Positions 1 to 11,298 of a stretch of DNA of 64,000 nt are shown piece after piece; position 1 is the first letter of the stretch; each line of letters begins with the position of its first letter. This DNA is from Paraspadella gotoi (taxonomy: Eukaryota > Animalia > Chaetognatha). A program made the translations under genes and the position numbers. Below the pieces are notes generated by a model. It was not told the DNA's origin and ran no database searches. It was given only the letters and a program-made list of their open reading frames with translations. The stretch is taken from positions 2,196,306 to 2,260,305 of the forward strand of contig CM119266.1 of NCBI GenBank assembly GCA_051294375.1, in the 5' to 3' direction.

Positions 1-127
1 GGTGGCTCCATCTTCTCTTTTTCTCTTTTTCTCCGGAATCTCCGCGCATAAGGGACAATGGCGAAATTAGCCTCTAATCAAAATCCTTTCGAAAAAGGCA
101 AAAGCCAGAAAACATGGGAAGGGAGGA

Positions 128-128
<1 letters not shown>

Positions 129-194
<66 letters not shown>
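129..194. repeat. (GAC)n microsatellite
   Basis: About 22 perfect GAC units; explains the poly-Thr/poly-Arg ORFs in the track. Confidence 0.95.
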
Positions 195-499
195 AACGTT
201 GACGATGACATCTACAAAGCATAAGATTATATTGACGAAAAATAAAAACGTGAAATTGTAAAAAAAAAACTACCCTATGATGGGAAAAAACATTATCGTG
301 CATAAAATGACTTAAATTAAATATGACGTTATTAAAACGACGACGACGACTACGACGAGGACGACGACTGTGACGCATACGTGTAGCGACGACGACGATG
401 ATGACGATAACGACGACGACGACAACAACAAGACCAAAGGATGGACGCGAAGGAAATCATCTGGAAAATCGGAAACGACGCGACGCCGATTGCGCAAAA

Positions 500-572
500 G
501 TGGCTGTAGATGGGGCTATAGATGGGGCCGTAGATGTGGCTTCAGATGGGGCCGTAGATGTTGCTGTCGATT
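500..572. repeat. 12-bp-period tandem repeat (GATGGGGCCGTA-like)
   Basis: gatggggctata/gatggggccgta/gatgtggcttca/gatggggccgta/gatgttgctgtc units; minus-strand frame reads STATSTAPSEATSTAPSIAPSTAT. Confidence 0.7.
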
Positions 573-1359
573 GGGACAAGGAGGTTCTGGATTATGGTGA
601 TTGGGAAGGAGAGGGACGAGGGACGAAGGGAAAGGTGAATTTAATGTAAGGTAAGGTAAGGTAACGACGAAAGCCGAAAAGGATTCATCACGAATTAGTA
701 AAACAATTTTGAGAAAGTAATTAGAGGAAAAGGTGAGTTGACGCGGGTAAGTTCATGTTTAGGAGGATTTGGGTGAGTTCAATCGTGGCGAGCTCCAATT
801 TAATGAGTTTCGGGTGAGGCGTTCGAATGAGATCATCTCGGTGAGGAATTCAAATGAGAAAGGAATCGAAGCGATCATCGCCGATGATTGACTTCGCGGG
901 GAGCGGATGGCCTCACCTGGCCACATCAGGCCTCATCTGGTCTCATCAGGCCTCATCTGGCTCCTGAAAAATCCTCGGCCTAGTGGTTCCTTGCACCCCT
1001 GCCGAAAGTAAAATATCTCTGATTTCCGTTTGAAAGCTTTCCCTGCCTTTCCCTGCCACTTTTCCACATGGTAGGGGGTCTTTTTAAGCTTGCCAGCTTC
1101 CAAGCAACTTGCTTTCTTTCCTTTAATTAATTGATTGACCGACCAAGATCGACGAATCCAAAGATATATCTCTATTTTCTCAACGTCCCTTCGGCCTTCA
1201 CCCAATTTCAAGCCCCTTCTCCATCCCTTCAAACTCCACTTCGTCATCCCACACCCCTTCCACACCCGTCGCTTCTTCCAACCGAGATTCAGGTGTCGAA
1301 TTCACTGGACCGAAAATGTAAGACGATTAAGCGACGTCGCCTCTTGATGACGTGATGTG

Positions 1360-1480
1360 GCGCCGAAGGGATGGCGTTTGATGGCGTCGCTGAGATGGCG
1401 TTTGGTGGCGCCGCTGAGATGGCGTTTGGTGGCGTCGCTGATATGGTGTTTGGTGGCGCCGCTGAGATGGCGTTTGAAGG
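1360..1480. repeat. 24-bp tandem repeat (GATGGCGTTTGGTGGCGCCGCTGA), ~5 copies
   Basis: Direct inspection; encodes (PPNAISAA)n in ORF 1289..1579 (-). Confidence 0.85.
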
Positions 1481-2283
1481 CTTCGCTTGAATGGCGTCAC
1501 TTGGATAACATTTTGCCGCTCTCAGGTTTCTGAAATTAACTGCTTGATACGAAATAATTACAGAGATTGAGCAATCCATTATTTTATAATCAAACTTAGC
1601 CTTATAAACTAACAGATATAAAATTACATCGATTAATCATCAACGAATAAAAAACCATTAATTCATTTCCCAAATATATCCTGAACCATTAATTCATTCC
1701 CGCTGATTCATTAAACCATCAGCGCCACCGACGAGATTCAGCGTCGGGACAATNNNNNNNNNNNNNNNNNNNNNNNNNNNNNNNNNNNNNNNNNNNNNNN
1801 NNNNNNNNNNNNNNNNNNNNNNNNNNNNNNNNNNNNNNNNNNNNNNNNNNNNNNNNNNNNNNNNNNNNNNNNNNNNNNNNNNNNNNNNNNNNNNNNNNNN
1901 NNNNNNNNNNNNNNNNNNNNNNNNNNNNNNNNNNNNNNNNNNGCGGACAAGCCTGTTGATTCAGTCTATAATAAGCCTAAAAACTGCCAACGGAGGAACT
2001 TAATTAGTGGACTTACGTTAGTAAGAAGCCCACGAGACGACGAGGAAGGAGAAGCAGGAGGAGGAGGTAGAGAGGAGAAGAAGGATAAAAGGGAGATTTT
2101 AAAAGAGAAAAACCGAAGAAAGAGCACCCCCCCTCTCCTCTCTTCCCCCCTTCGCTCCTCTCTCATTACAATGGAAATGGGGCAGAGAAAAAAAGGTATT
2201 CCTTTTTCTCGCTCTCCAAAAATGACGAGAGAGAGAGAGATGAGACGAGAGAGAGAAGGAGGAGGAGAGAGCAGAGCAGAGAC

Positions 2284-2314
<31 letters not shown>

Positions 2315-3234
2315 GAGACATTAGAATTAACGACGGTCGTTGGTGGGTGAGGGAAAGAGAAGTTGAGGTGGGATCGGGTAAGTGATCTCAGATGGCAAGT
2401 GGGGGGGAGAGGAAGTAGATTGCCACTGATGGCTAATTAGGGTTTCCCCTGACTGATGTCGTTTCAAATCGATTTCAATGTATTCGAATTTTTTACTCTC
2501 TCCGAGTCAGAAGAGAAAGGGAAAGACAGCAGGGGATTAGTTGGGGTCACCGTCACCTCTCGGGTATAAAACTCCCTGAGTGTTATTCGACTCTTGTTCT
2601 ACTACTAAATTTCTTAAACATCAATAAGCTCAACTGGTAAATACTAAACTAAAGTATCACGTTTGTTCTCAAAAAATTGTGTTTCATCTTCGACTTTTTT
2701 TACATTCTCTTATGATATAAACACTTAAACAGTTCGGTTGATTATTTTTTTAGCTTTTTTTGCTCTACACAAAAAGTGTTTTAAATTCCTAATCAATAGC
2801 TTGAATTTGATTTTTATAATCAGATAACTAACCAGATAATTACAGGTTCTTTCATTTCTCTAGAGTGATTCCATGTATATATTGTATTATAAAATGGATC
2901 AACAGTATTTTGAAATTTTTCTTTTTATATTGTGATGATGTGATAATTTCTTTTGACAACATTTTCAGCCGCTATGTCCCGCCTGAAGGATTGAAGTTTA
3001 GAGATAAGATTGAATTTAATCGTTCGTTTTTACTTAATTAGATTTAACTGAAACTAGAATGTTTAGAGCATTAATCGCTTCCAAGAACTAAAGAGGGCGT
3101 TCAGCCCGATAATGCTGAGGCTGGGGTGCGCTGCGCTGCGCTACGCTGCTAAATCGGCTACGGCAGCGGATGATCCGAGTGGAGAGAGAAACATTAGCGA
3201 ACATCATAAACCGTAATTGCTGCGAATTGGCCGG

Positions 3235-3270
<36 letters not shown>

Positions 3271-4060
3271 TTAGGGCGTGGCGCTCATCTAAAGCGACGT
3301 CTCTTTTTCTCTCATCGTTTGCGGCTTGGGTGATTTGCGGAGCCGATGACGGCGCGGACTCAAATGTTCGCGGTGCCGACTTCGTGAAAGGGAGACTGTT
3401 GATTTACTGTTGATTTACTGTTGATTTGCTGTTGATTTACTGTGTTGCTATGGTTGTGGTTGTTTCTTCATTGAAGGAAGAAACTTTTATAGGCAATAAT
3501 ATTGTTTATTCGAAAATCGACACTTTTTTAAACCTAATCTCAAATATATCTATTCTTCCCATGATTGAAAAAAAAATTGTCGCGGCAACTTTTCAGCTAT
3601 TTTTTGGAATTTAAATGTAAGAATCGAAAAATAAAATTTAGATATCGAAAAATTTTGGCCTTTTGTGATTCATATGAGCTATGTCTCATTTATGTACGAT
3701 AAAAAATGATATGCAAAAGAAAATCTGTTGTCAAAGAACATACTTCCTTCTTTTTTATGTTTTATATTTTTTTTTTATTACTCAATTCCTACTCGTTTTT
3801 ATTGCTTTTTGACTTCAATGGGTATTATTAAAGAGGACTGCCTTTGATGTCTCTCATGTCAAATGGTTATTCCATCAACTCATTCAGGGATGAATCTTAT
3901 TTTATATAGAAGAAAAATCAATTTTTTTATAAAAGATGAAAGACAATATATTATTATATTGTATAGCATTAACAAATGCCTAATATGCTTTATAGTAAAT
4001 CAATCTCAAATCTGATAAAATATATTTTGGTAAAGATACAATAATAACAATAACATAAGT

Positions 4061-4425
4061 TATAAAGTAAAAAACGCCACTTTTCGAGAACCTGATCTTA
4101 CTGTCTGTCAATAAGTCAAATGCCAGTGTCAGAACGATCAAATAAATGTATTGTGAAGTGTTCAAAACCTTTAACAGTGCCAATTGATGATCAATAAATG
4201 ACTAATTATTTCAATCTTCATTTCAATTAATTACTTACTAATCTGGCAAGTGAGCAATGACCGTTTTCATGAAACCGCTATTTTGTTGAAATTAAACCCC
4301 GCCGGCTCCGCGCTTCCTCTTCTAAAACGTCTATCGCCAAATTCTAACTGCCTAGATACGCGTGTAAACAATGGTAACTAAGTACAAAACGCGTCACGTA
4401 CAAAGCTTAGCGACTATTCGGCACA
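4061..4425 (-). repeat. 3' LTR of the element (~365 bp)
   Basis: Aligns end to end with 9597-9968 (tataaa.taaaaaacgc ... gcttagcgactattcggcaca). Confidence 0.85.
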
Positions 4426-4433
4426 CTCCCCCC
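4426..4433 (-). other. polypurine tract GGGGGGAG
   Basis: Plus strand ctcccccc lies directly adjacent to the LTR terminus, the expected PPT position for an LTR retrotransposon. Confidence 0.7.
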
Positions 4434-5399
4434 GGTCGACCCTTCGACCATAACGACCGAATAGTCACACACGCGGGAGCCAGCTCTTCGCCCGTCGGCA
4501 ATGTAAAGCTTGCGATTGTCTGTTCATGACGACCAGGTGGACAAATCCGCGTCTCCTCCCCCCGTTTCCGGTCATTCCCCGCCCCCGATTTGAGTTCCGA
4601 TCCCCTTGTTCGCTTCCCCTTCGCGTCAGCGTCTCTGCGTCTCCACGTCGTGCCCCATGTTGCAGGTAAGATGGCGTCGGCTCGCGTTGTCCTCGTCGCC
4701 AGCTACGCCCGTCTTTCGCCATTCCGTTGATGCGTCGCTCGGCTTCGTCACCTTGACAACGCCTCTGCATCATATTGTGATGTTCCGTTTTCTTGGATCG
4801 GCAATCTGCGTCATCCCCCGTTCGAACCGCGTCGAAGCGTCTCGTCCTCTCGCGGCGGCGCCCGGCATCGTCTCCTCGACGACGCCTGGGGCTTCCGCCG
4901 AGACATCTTTGTTCGTTGAAGGCACCTGTAGCTTTTCGGTGAGTATCAACGCTTCGAGTCTTGTGGCATCCGGCATCGTCACGCGTTGATCTTCGTCTCT
5001 CTTTCGGTCTTGGCATCGTCTCTTTGCGCACTTCCGGTCGTCGACTTGGCTGGAACCATGTCTGTGTGCGTGTGTGTGCATAACGAGTGCTTGTGTGCAG
5101 TTCGAAACCGACCATTATAAGTTCTTTGCTCGGGCAATTCCTCCCCCCTTTTTGCACTCAAAAAATTAGTTTGTTCGTTTTTTCAGGTCACTGTTTAAAG
5201 TAAATTGATTCACTTAATATTAAATGCACATTAATCATTTTTAAACAATGCAATAATTTAATCATTTTGATTCGCACCGTACCGAACGTTTCGGCCTCGT
5301 CACGCTCAACGTGGCCCTCGTCAATTAACAATAACAAAAACAGTAACGACACTTCTTTTAAAGAGTTTTTATTCACGTAAATTAGTTTAAGTTCGTTTT

Positions 5400-6622
5400 G
5401 AATTAATTCTTCTTTTTCGAGTTGAGTCTTTGGCCCAACTTGGATAATTTTCCGTCTTGGCGGCGTGGTGGTGGCGGGAAGGCGGCGGGGGGGAGATGCC
5501 TGGTTGAGCCTGGTATTTTGCTTCTGAAGGTGCCGCTTTTGCTCGTGGCGGCGATTCTCGTCAACGACTCTTTTCCTGGCGGGTGGTCGAAAGTGAAAGT
5601 CGTGGGCTTTTCTCTGGTGACGGGTTCTCGGTAAGGGCATGAAAGCTTCTCTACTCGTCCTGTAGTTTCCCGCAGCTTGACCCAAGCCTCTCCGTATTTG
5701 CTCGTTTTTCTCCGCCTCCGTCCTCACTATTCTAGCTTGATTTCTGCTTCGATTTTTTCTGTTTTTCTTTATTCTCTTCACTCCTCGATCTGTGTCTTAG
5801 CTCTGCTCTTCTCGAACTCCCCTTTCGTTATCTCTTGCGTCTTCCTTCTTTCCCTCAACTCCATCATCTCCCATTCTCTCCCGTCTACCTTCGACTGCGT
5901 CGACGCGTTTGCCATCTTCTTGCGCCTGTCGCGTTGTCTTCATTCACTTCTTTCGTTATTCCTCGTTTGTCGCCGTCGTTGTAGTTTTTCGTCTTCGCGT
6001 ATTTCACCGCCGGATTTGCGTCGTCGAATACTACGATTCGTGTCGACGTTGTTGAGGTCTGTGGTCGTCTATCGGCGCGTAGATTTGGCGTTTTCTGTTG
6101 TTTGTTGGAGGCGTCGGCGTTGCTTCGTTCGTGTCGGTCTCCATTCTCGCTTTTTTGTCCAGCAATTCATCGACGCCCTCCGGATCATCTCGATGAGTTC
6201 TCGAAGTCTTTCTCCGTCCCCTCGTGCTCTGGCTGCGCGTCTCCATCCCTTTTTGATTCTGTAAATCATGGTCTTCTTTTCCTTCGGCGCCACGAAATCG
6301 GCCATGAAATATTTTTCGTGCTGATCCGACGACGATGGGCACGCTGAAGTCGTTTAGCGCCCTCGGTGAGGTGGAGCTCCGCGTTTTAAAACTGTGCCGT
6401 GAAATCCTCTTCCGGTTCCGGTTCACTTTGTTTTTGTGGCGGCGTCGGCACGACGATTCGTTATTGACGTCGAGCTTCCCGCGATCGTCTCAGACTGTTG
6501 CTCGCCAAGTCTGCGAATGGAAGGGCGCCGTAACTTGTTCTTTCTTCTTCCGTCGGTTCCACCACATCGCCTTCGTCGCCATCCAGTACCCGTAGTCGTT
6601 GGCGAGCCCGATTGAGTTCCAT
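5400..6622 (-). pseudogene. frameshifted, highly charged (Arg/Lys/Glu-rich) coding-like region inside the LTR element
   Basis: ATG at 6622 after an AT-rich spacer; overlapping partial ORFs 6031..6426, 6069..6305 and 5188..5781 give charged, helical-looking peptides that switch frame. Could be decay or read errors. Confidence 0.35.
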
Positions 6623-6785
6623 TTTTTTGTTTAAGAGTTAGTTAATATTTAATGTTTATGTGGATTTCGTTTTAATTTAATGTCCTGTAGGAACGATTAA
6701 ATACATACGATAATCAATTCATGAAATAGTCAATTTATTTGATTGACAATTGTATACGCAATTTTAAACTGAATTGTTCCTTCTT

Positions 6786-7142
6786 TCACTTTTCCGTAAA
6801 CAAATGTCTCAGTCCTTCGAAAGCATTTTCTTCCTCCTCCTTGCGCTTTCTTTCTTTCACTTCGGCCTCGAGTTGTCGAATAATGCGTCCCCAATCGGTG
6901 CGTTGCATCCTCTCCAATCTGTCCGTGACTTCCTGATTTTCGCCAGCTCCGTCCGCGTATAGGCGCCACCCTTGACCGTTCTCGCTTTCCTCCGGACTTA
7001 ATTGTTCCACGTAAATGACTGGACCTTCAATTTCATACGGGTGCATTGGTCGTCCGATCTCCACTTCTCTCTCCAGTTCGGGCATGTCTTCTGGCTCCTC
7101 CTCTTTGTCGGTCTTCTCGACTGGTTCTTCGTTTATGCCCAT
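6786..7142 (-). CDS. unknown acidic/charged 118-aa protein inside the LTR element
   Basis: Non-repetitive ORF MGINEEPVEK...WGRIIRQLEAEVKERKRKEEEE...LFTEK flanked by AT-rich spacers; AATAAA on the minus strand near 6735-6740. Confidence 0.45.
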   Translation of the reverse strand: MGINEEPVEKTDKEEEPEDMPELEREVEIGRPMHPYEIEGPVIYVEQLSPEESENGQGWRLYADGAGENQEVTDRLERMQRTDWGRIIRQLEAEVKERKRKEEEENAFEGLRHLFTEK

Positions 7143-7458
7143 TGCGTCTTAAAGTTTTCGTAAATGTCGAATGTGTGACTATCGCTAAAAAAAAACATTT
7201 AAGAAGGACGAGAGGTGAAATAATAAAAAAAAAAACGAAAACGAATAATAAAAAAAAAGTTCGTCGTCCTCCTCGTCCTCTTCTTTCCCTCGCCTCTTCA
7301 GCGGCGGAAGTGGCGCCCAAGGCGGTCGCGGTCGATTTCGTCCGACTGAAATTGAAGTTCGTTTTGTAATGCTGGATATTGACTTATTTATTCTTTCGTC
7401 GTTTAATTGTGATTAATCTATGCCTTTTCTCTTGTGTTTACTTTTATTTCTGTTCACT

Positions 7459-7995
7459 TTAAATTCCATCTTTTCTTACGCTGTCTTCGTCGTCTTCCCA
7501 ATATGGTTGAGGAGTTGGTGTCGGGAGGTAATACACCTCCTCCTCCTCGCTGTCGTCCTCCAGCTCGTCGGGGGACCTGGCGCCCCCGTCGCTCTCTTCG
7601 TCGTCGTCGTCGTGAATGATGATGACGGGGATGTCCCCGTCTTCATCGGGTTTGGGCGCGGCGTCGATGGCGGGAACGACGCCCCCCTCCGTGGTCGTGG
7701 CGACGGCGGCGTCCGACGCTGCCGGTGCAGCATTGGCGGCAGGAGCCGCATTTGCGGCGTCCGTAGCGGCGGCTGAGGCCGCTGGTGTCGCGTTTGCGGC
7801 AGGAGCCGCGTTCGCGGCGTCAGCGGCGGCGGCTGCCGGCGCCGCATCTGCAGCAGGAGCCGCGTCTGCGGCATTGACGGAGGCGGCGGTGGCGACGGCG
7901 GCGGCGTTGTCGCCGTTGTTCGGCGTGAGGGTGACGGTGACGACGGTGGCTCCGTCGACGGGCGCGTCGACCCGGATCTTGATGGTCGTTGACAT
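7459..7995 (-). CDS. unknown 178-aa protein: short N-terminal beta-like segment, (ADAAPA/ANAAPA)n Ala-rich repeat, acidic C-terminus
   Basis: GC-rich ORF with ATG, flanked by AT-rich DNA; TTTTAATTCAG acceptor-like site 18 nt upstream of the ATG; AATAAA shortly after the stop. Confidence 0.55.
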   Translation of the reverse strand: MSTTIKIRVDAPVDGATVVTVTLTPNNGDNAAAVATAASVNAADAAPAADAAPAAAAADAANAAPAANATPAASAAATDAANAAPAANAAPAASDAAVATTTEGGVVPAIDAAPKPDEDGDIPVIIIHDDDDEESDGGARSPDELEDDSEEEEVYYLPTPTPQPYWEDDEDSVRKDGI

Positions 7996-9145
7996 AATTA
8001 TAGGTGAGATTCTCTGAATTAAAATTGTTAATGAATAAATGATATGATTATCGACACAATCAAGACTAATATTGACATATATAAAAAGGAAACTTTCTTC
8101 CGATATAAACGAGTGTCATTTGTTTTTTGTTTCTCGTTCCGCCATGGTCCGCATTTCTCGGAAATGCTNNNNNNNNNNNNNNNNNNNNNNNNNNNNNNNN
8201 NNNNNNNNNNNNNNNNNNNNNNNNNNNNNNNNNNNNNNNNNNNNNNNNNNNNNNNNNNNNNNNNNNNNAGAGAGAAGATGCGATCTCCTCGTCGGCTCTT
8301 TTCGCTTACACGGATCGCTCTCTGCGGTCACGAACGTGCGTCGCCTGACCTACCGATACAAATCGTCGTCGGTACTGCTCTCATTCATACGTTTTAGCTT
8401 TTCCTTCACCATTCTTACCTTTAACTCTCGCTTCTTTCTTTTGATACTCGAATTCTACTTCTTTCTCTCCGCTTCTATATCTTCGCTTGTCGTTTTAATA
8501 GCCAACCTTTCGCTTCAATTTCCATTCTCCTTTCATTGCTTCGAAATTTCTAAATTTTTCTCTCACTCTCTTCAATTCTTCATACAACCTTCGACGTACA
8601 GCTCGCACGATGTCCGCGACGAAGGGGTGTGCACCGTGGCTGTTTTTCCCTTGACGACAGAGCTAATACTTGAATGCGTGTTGGCGACTGGGCGTTTCCT
8701 CCTCGTAACCGGCGATTCCGGCGTGTCGGCGTGCGCGAGCCAAAACTCGTACGCGCGGCAGGACTACTATGACACAAGGTGGGTTGGGGTCTTTGCGCGG
8801 GGGAACACGGCGATCCCGCCATTCCTGCAACGGTCATTAATCTCCTTCAATTCCCTTCCTCTTCCCCTCCTCAGATTCGGATTCGATTTCACGCCGGCGC
8901 TCGGATCATCCAGCAAAAAACAATAGGACAATTCCTCATTCACGACGGTAACGACCAGGCGATCCTCATTTTAAATATACTACTACTCGTCGTTCGACAT
9001 GGGTGCAATGCAATGAAATGAGATAATTCACGATACAATGTCCAAAGCGCCTCCGCGCGCCGTCCATTAGCTTTGCAAGCGGTTCGAACCGAGAAGCTCG
9101 ACCGTGCTTCATGATACCGAATCCTGAAATTCCCTAATTCATATT

Positions 9146-9403
9146 TTAATTATTTAAAAACGACGGACCCCTCGTCCGTTCATGTGTTAGGGATATTAAT
9201 AACCGTTTTTTTTCCAAGGTCTCGCTCATAGCCATCAGCCAATACGCGTAGCTGGCCATATCACTTTGACGTCGACTCGATGAAAAAACGTGTCCTTCCT
9301 TCCGGTCTCGTTCGAGAGCGGCGAGACGTCTTCGAGCGGCGTTGTCAGGGTCTCGTATACAGTTATTCGTCAATGTACGACCGGGTTCGAAAAAACTGGC
9401 CAA
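9146..9403 (-). CDS. unknown short ORF inside the LTR element (contains YAYWL)
   Basis: ORF track, 85 aa; first ORF after the 5' LTR; start codon uncertain. Confidence 0.3.
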   Translation of the reverse strand: MASFFEPGRTLTNNCIRDPDNAARRRLAALERDRKEGHVFSSSRRQSDMASYAYWLMAMSETLEKKRLLISLTHERTRGPSFLNN

Positions 9404-9596
9404 AAATTTATTTCCCGCGATTTTTTTTCTCCTTCGCGCAGGAACCAGTGTCCCTATCGAAGCTCGAAAGCCGCGACGCCCGAGACATTCGCGAGGTTAT
9501 TGAATTTATCTAGCTGAATTTCGGTGAACCAAAGTCCTCCTAGTTTCGGCCGTTCTCGAATGTAGTCAATGTCCACCCGAAGCTATTTAGTTTGAA

Positions 9597-9968
9597 TATA
9601 AATAAAAAACGCACTTTTACGAGACCCTGATCTTACTGTCTTCAATAAGTCAAATGCCAGTTTCAGAAACGATCCAAATAAATGTATTGTGAAGTGTTAA
9701 AAACCTTTTAACAGTGCCAATTGAATGATAATAATGACTAAATTATTCAATCTTCAATTTCAAATTAATTAACTTAGTAATCTGGCAAGTGAGCAATGAC
9801 CGTTTTCAATGAACCGTATTTTGTTGAAATTAAACACCCGCCGGCTCCGCGCTTCCTCTTCTAAAACGTCTATCGCCAAATTCTAACTGCCCCTAGATAC
9901 GCGTGTAAACATGGTAAACTAAAGTACAAAAACGCGTCACGTACAAAGCTTAGCGACTATTCGGCACA
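9597..9968 (-). repeat. 5' LTR of the element (~370 bp)
   Basis: Aligns with 4061-4425; followed by TSD TAAGT. Confidence 0.85.
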
Positions 9969-10466
9969 TAAGTTATATCCGTGATCTAAAAGGAGTTTCT
10001 TGGGAGTATCTGTATGCGTTAAATAATTTTATGCTTATGAGAATGAATATTTGTATTCTGTCTTAAGAAGGTTTTACTATTTATTAAAACCTATTTAATT
10101 GCAAAAAAAATGTATTTCACAATGAAATTAACTAATTTTTCGAATCCGCGACAATTTTTTTCCATCATGGTAACTCAATTATAAACCTTAGGCTGAATCC
10201 AAATGAAATTTAATCTGAAACCATAGTATTAAAATAAGGATTAAATAGAAAGTAAAATTCAACAATACTTAAATAAAAAAAAAATTTCGAGACGAAACAA
10301 GAAACGACAAAAGGACGCGATGCGTAACGTCGACGCAAACGTTCAATTATGTCGACGCAGAAGCGACTTGCCGACTTAAAAGTCACACAGTTACGTGAGA
10401 GAGATTCGGCGCACAACCCATCCAACGCCGACACGAAACGAGTCAACATTGCCGGTACGCAAACCG

Positions 10467-11206
10467 TCACCGCCCGCTCCCGCAGCGAAAACAGACGCCG
10501 AGCGCCACGATAACGACGACAGCGTCCAGCGGCGTCGTTCTGACGTCTGCAGCGCCGCTCAAAACCATACCGCTACTTTTGCTGCCAGCGAGGCTCTTGC
10601 CGCCGCCGGTTCTCTCGCCCGCCGCTTCGGAGGAGATTTCCGAGGCCTTCTCCGCTGTTTAAATGAGGAGTGAGTGATGGGAGTCAGTTCACTGAATCAC
10701 TGAATCACTGACGGATTTAGCCTCGCTTCTTACGCTTTTACAGTTATTGAGATATTTTTCAAAACAATCTCTCTCTCTCTCTCTCTCTCNNNNNNNNNNA
10801 ATGAACAGCGACCTCCGCCTTCCTCATTCACTCCAGCACTCACGGTTGGAAGGGAGACGGTTGCACCGGCTGCTGGAGATGTTGGCCCTTTCCAGCATAG
10901 TTTCACAGGCGCGACAGCTTGTGGTGCAAATCCCGTTCTGAGCTCCTGAAGATTAACTTCGTCGTGTCAAATTTATTTGTTTTTATTTGTCAATCGGTCA
11001 AGTCTTCTCTGTTTTTATACGAAACAGTTCTTTGAAAGTTTGCACCAATTCATTGAAAGGGAAGCCTGGTGCTCGCTGCTAAGGGAGTGAATAAACTATT
11101 TGGGAGTCCCTTTAGGAATCTTGGAGGGTCCTGCTATGTTATCATATTGTAAGAGGGGTGGAGGTCTTGACCCACAATGAGCTGTAACTATTCATTTAAT
11201 GAATAT

Positions 11207-11298
<92 letters not shown>

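Larger units (their letters stand above)
4061..9968 (-). mobile_element. LTR-bounded element (non-autonomous, LARD-like) without recognisable gag/pol
   Basis: Direct repeats 4061-4425 and 9597-9968 differ mostly by single-base indels. On the minus strand they start TGTGCC and end TTTATA. 5-bp TSD TAAGT at 4056-4060 and 9969-9973. PPT GGGGGGAG abuts the TG of the minus-strand 3' LTR. Confidence 0.8.

Noticed and set aside
4056-4064. 9-bp TSD TAAGTTATA suggesting a Mutator-like DNA transposon
   Set aside because: The TATA also begins the other direct repeat (9597), so it belongs to the LTR; there are no terminal inverted repeats.
5075-5130. RTYNGRFRTAHKHSLC as a remnant of the BEL/Pao integrase C-terminus
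   Set aside because: Only a loose resemblance over a few residues, with no upstream integrase motifs.
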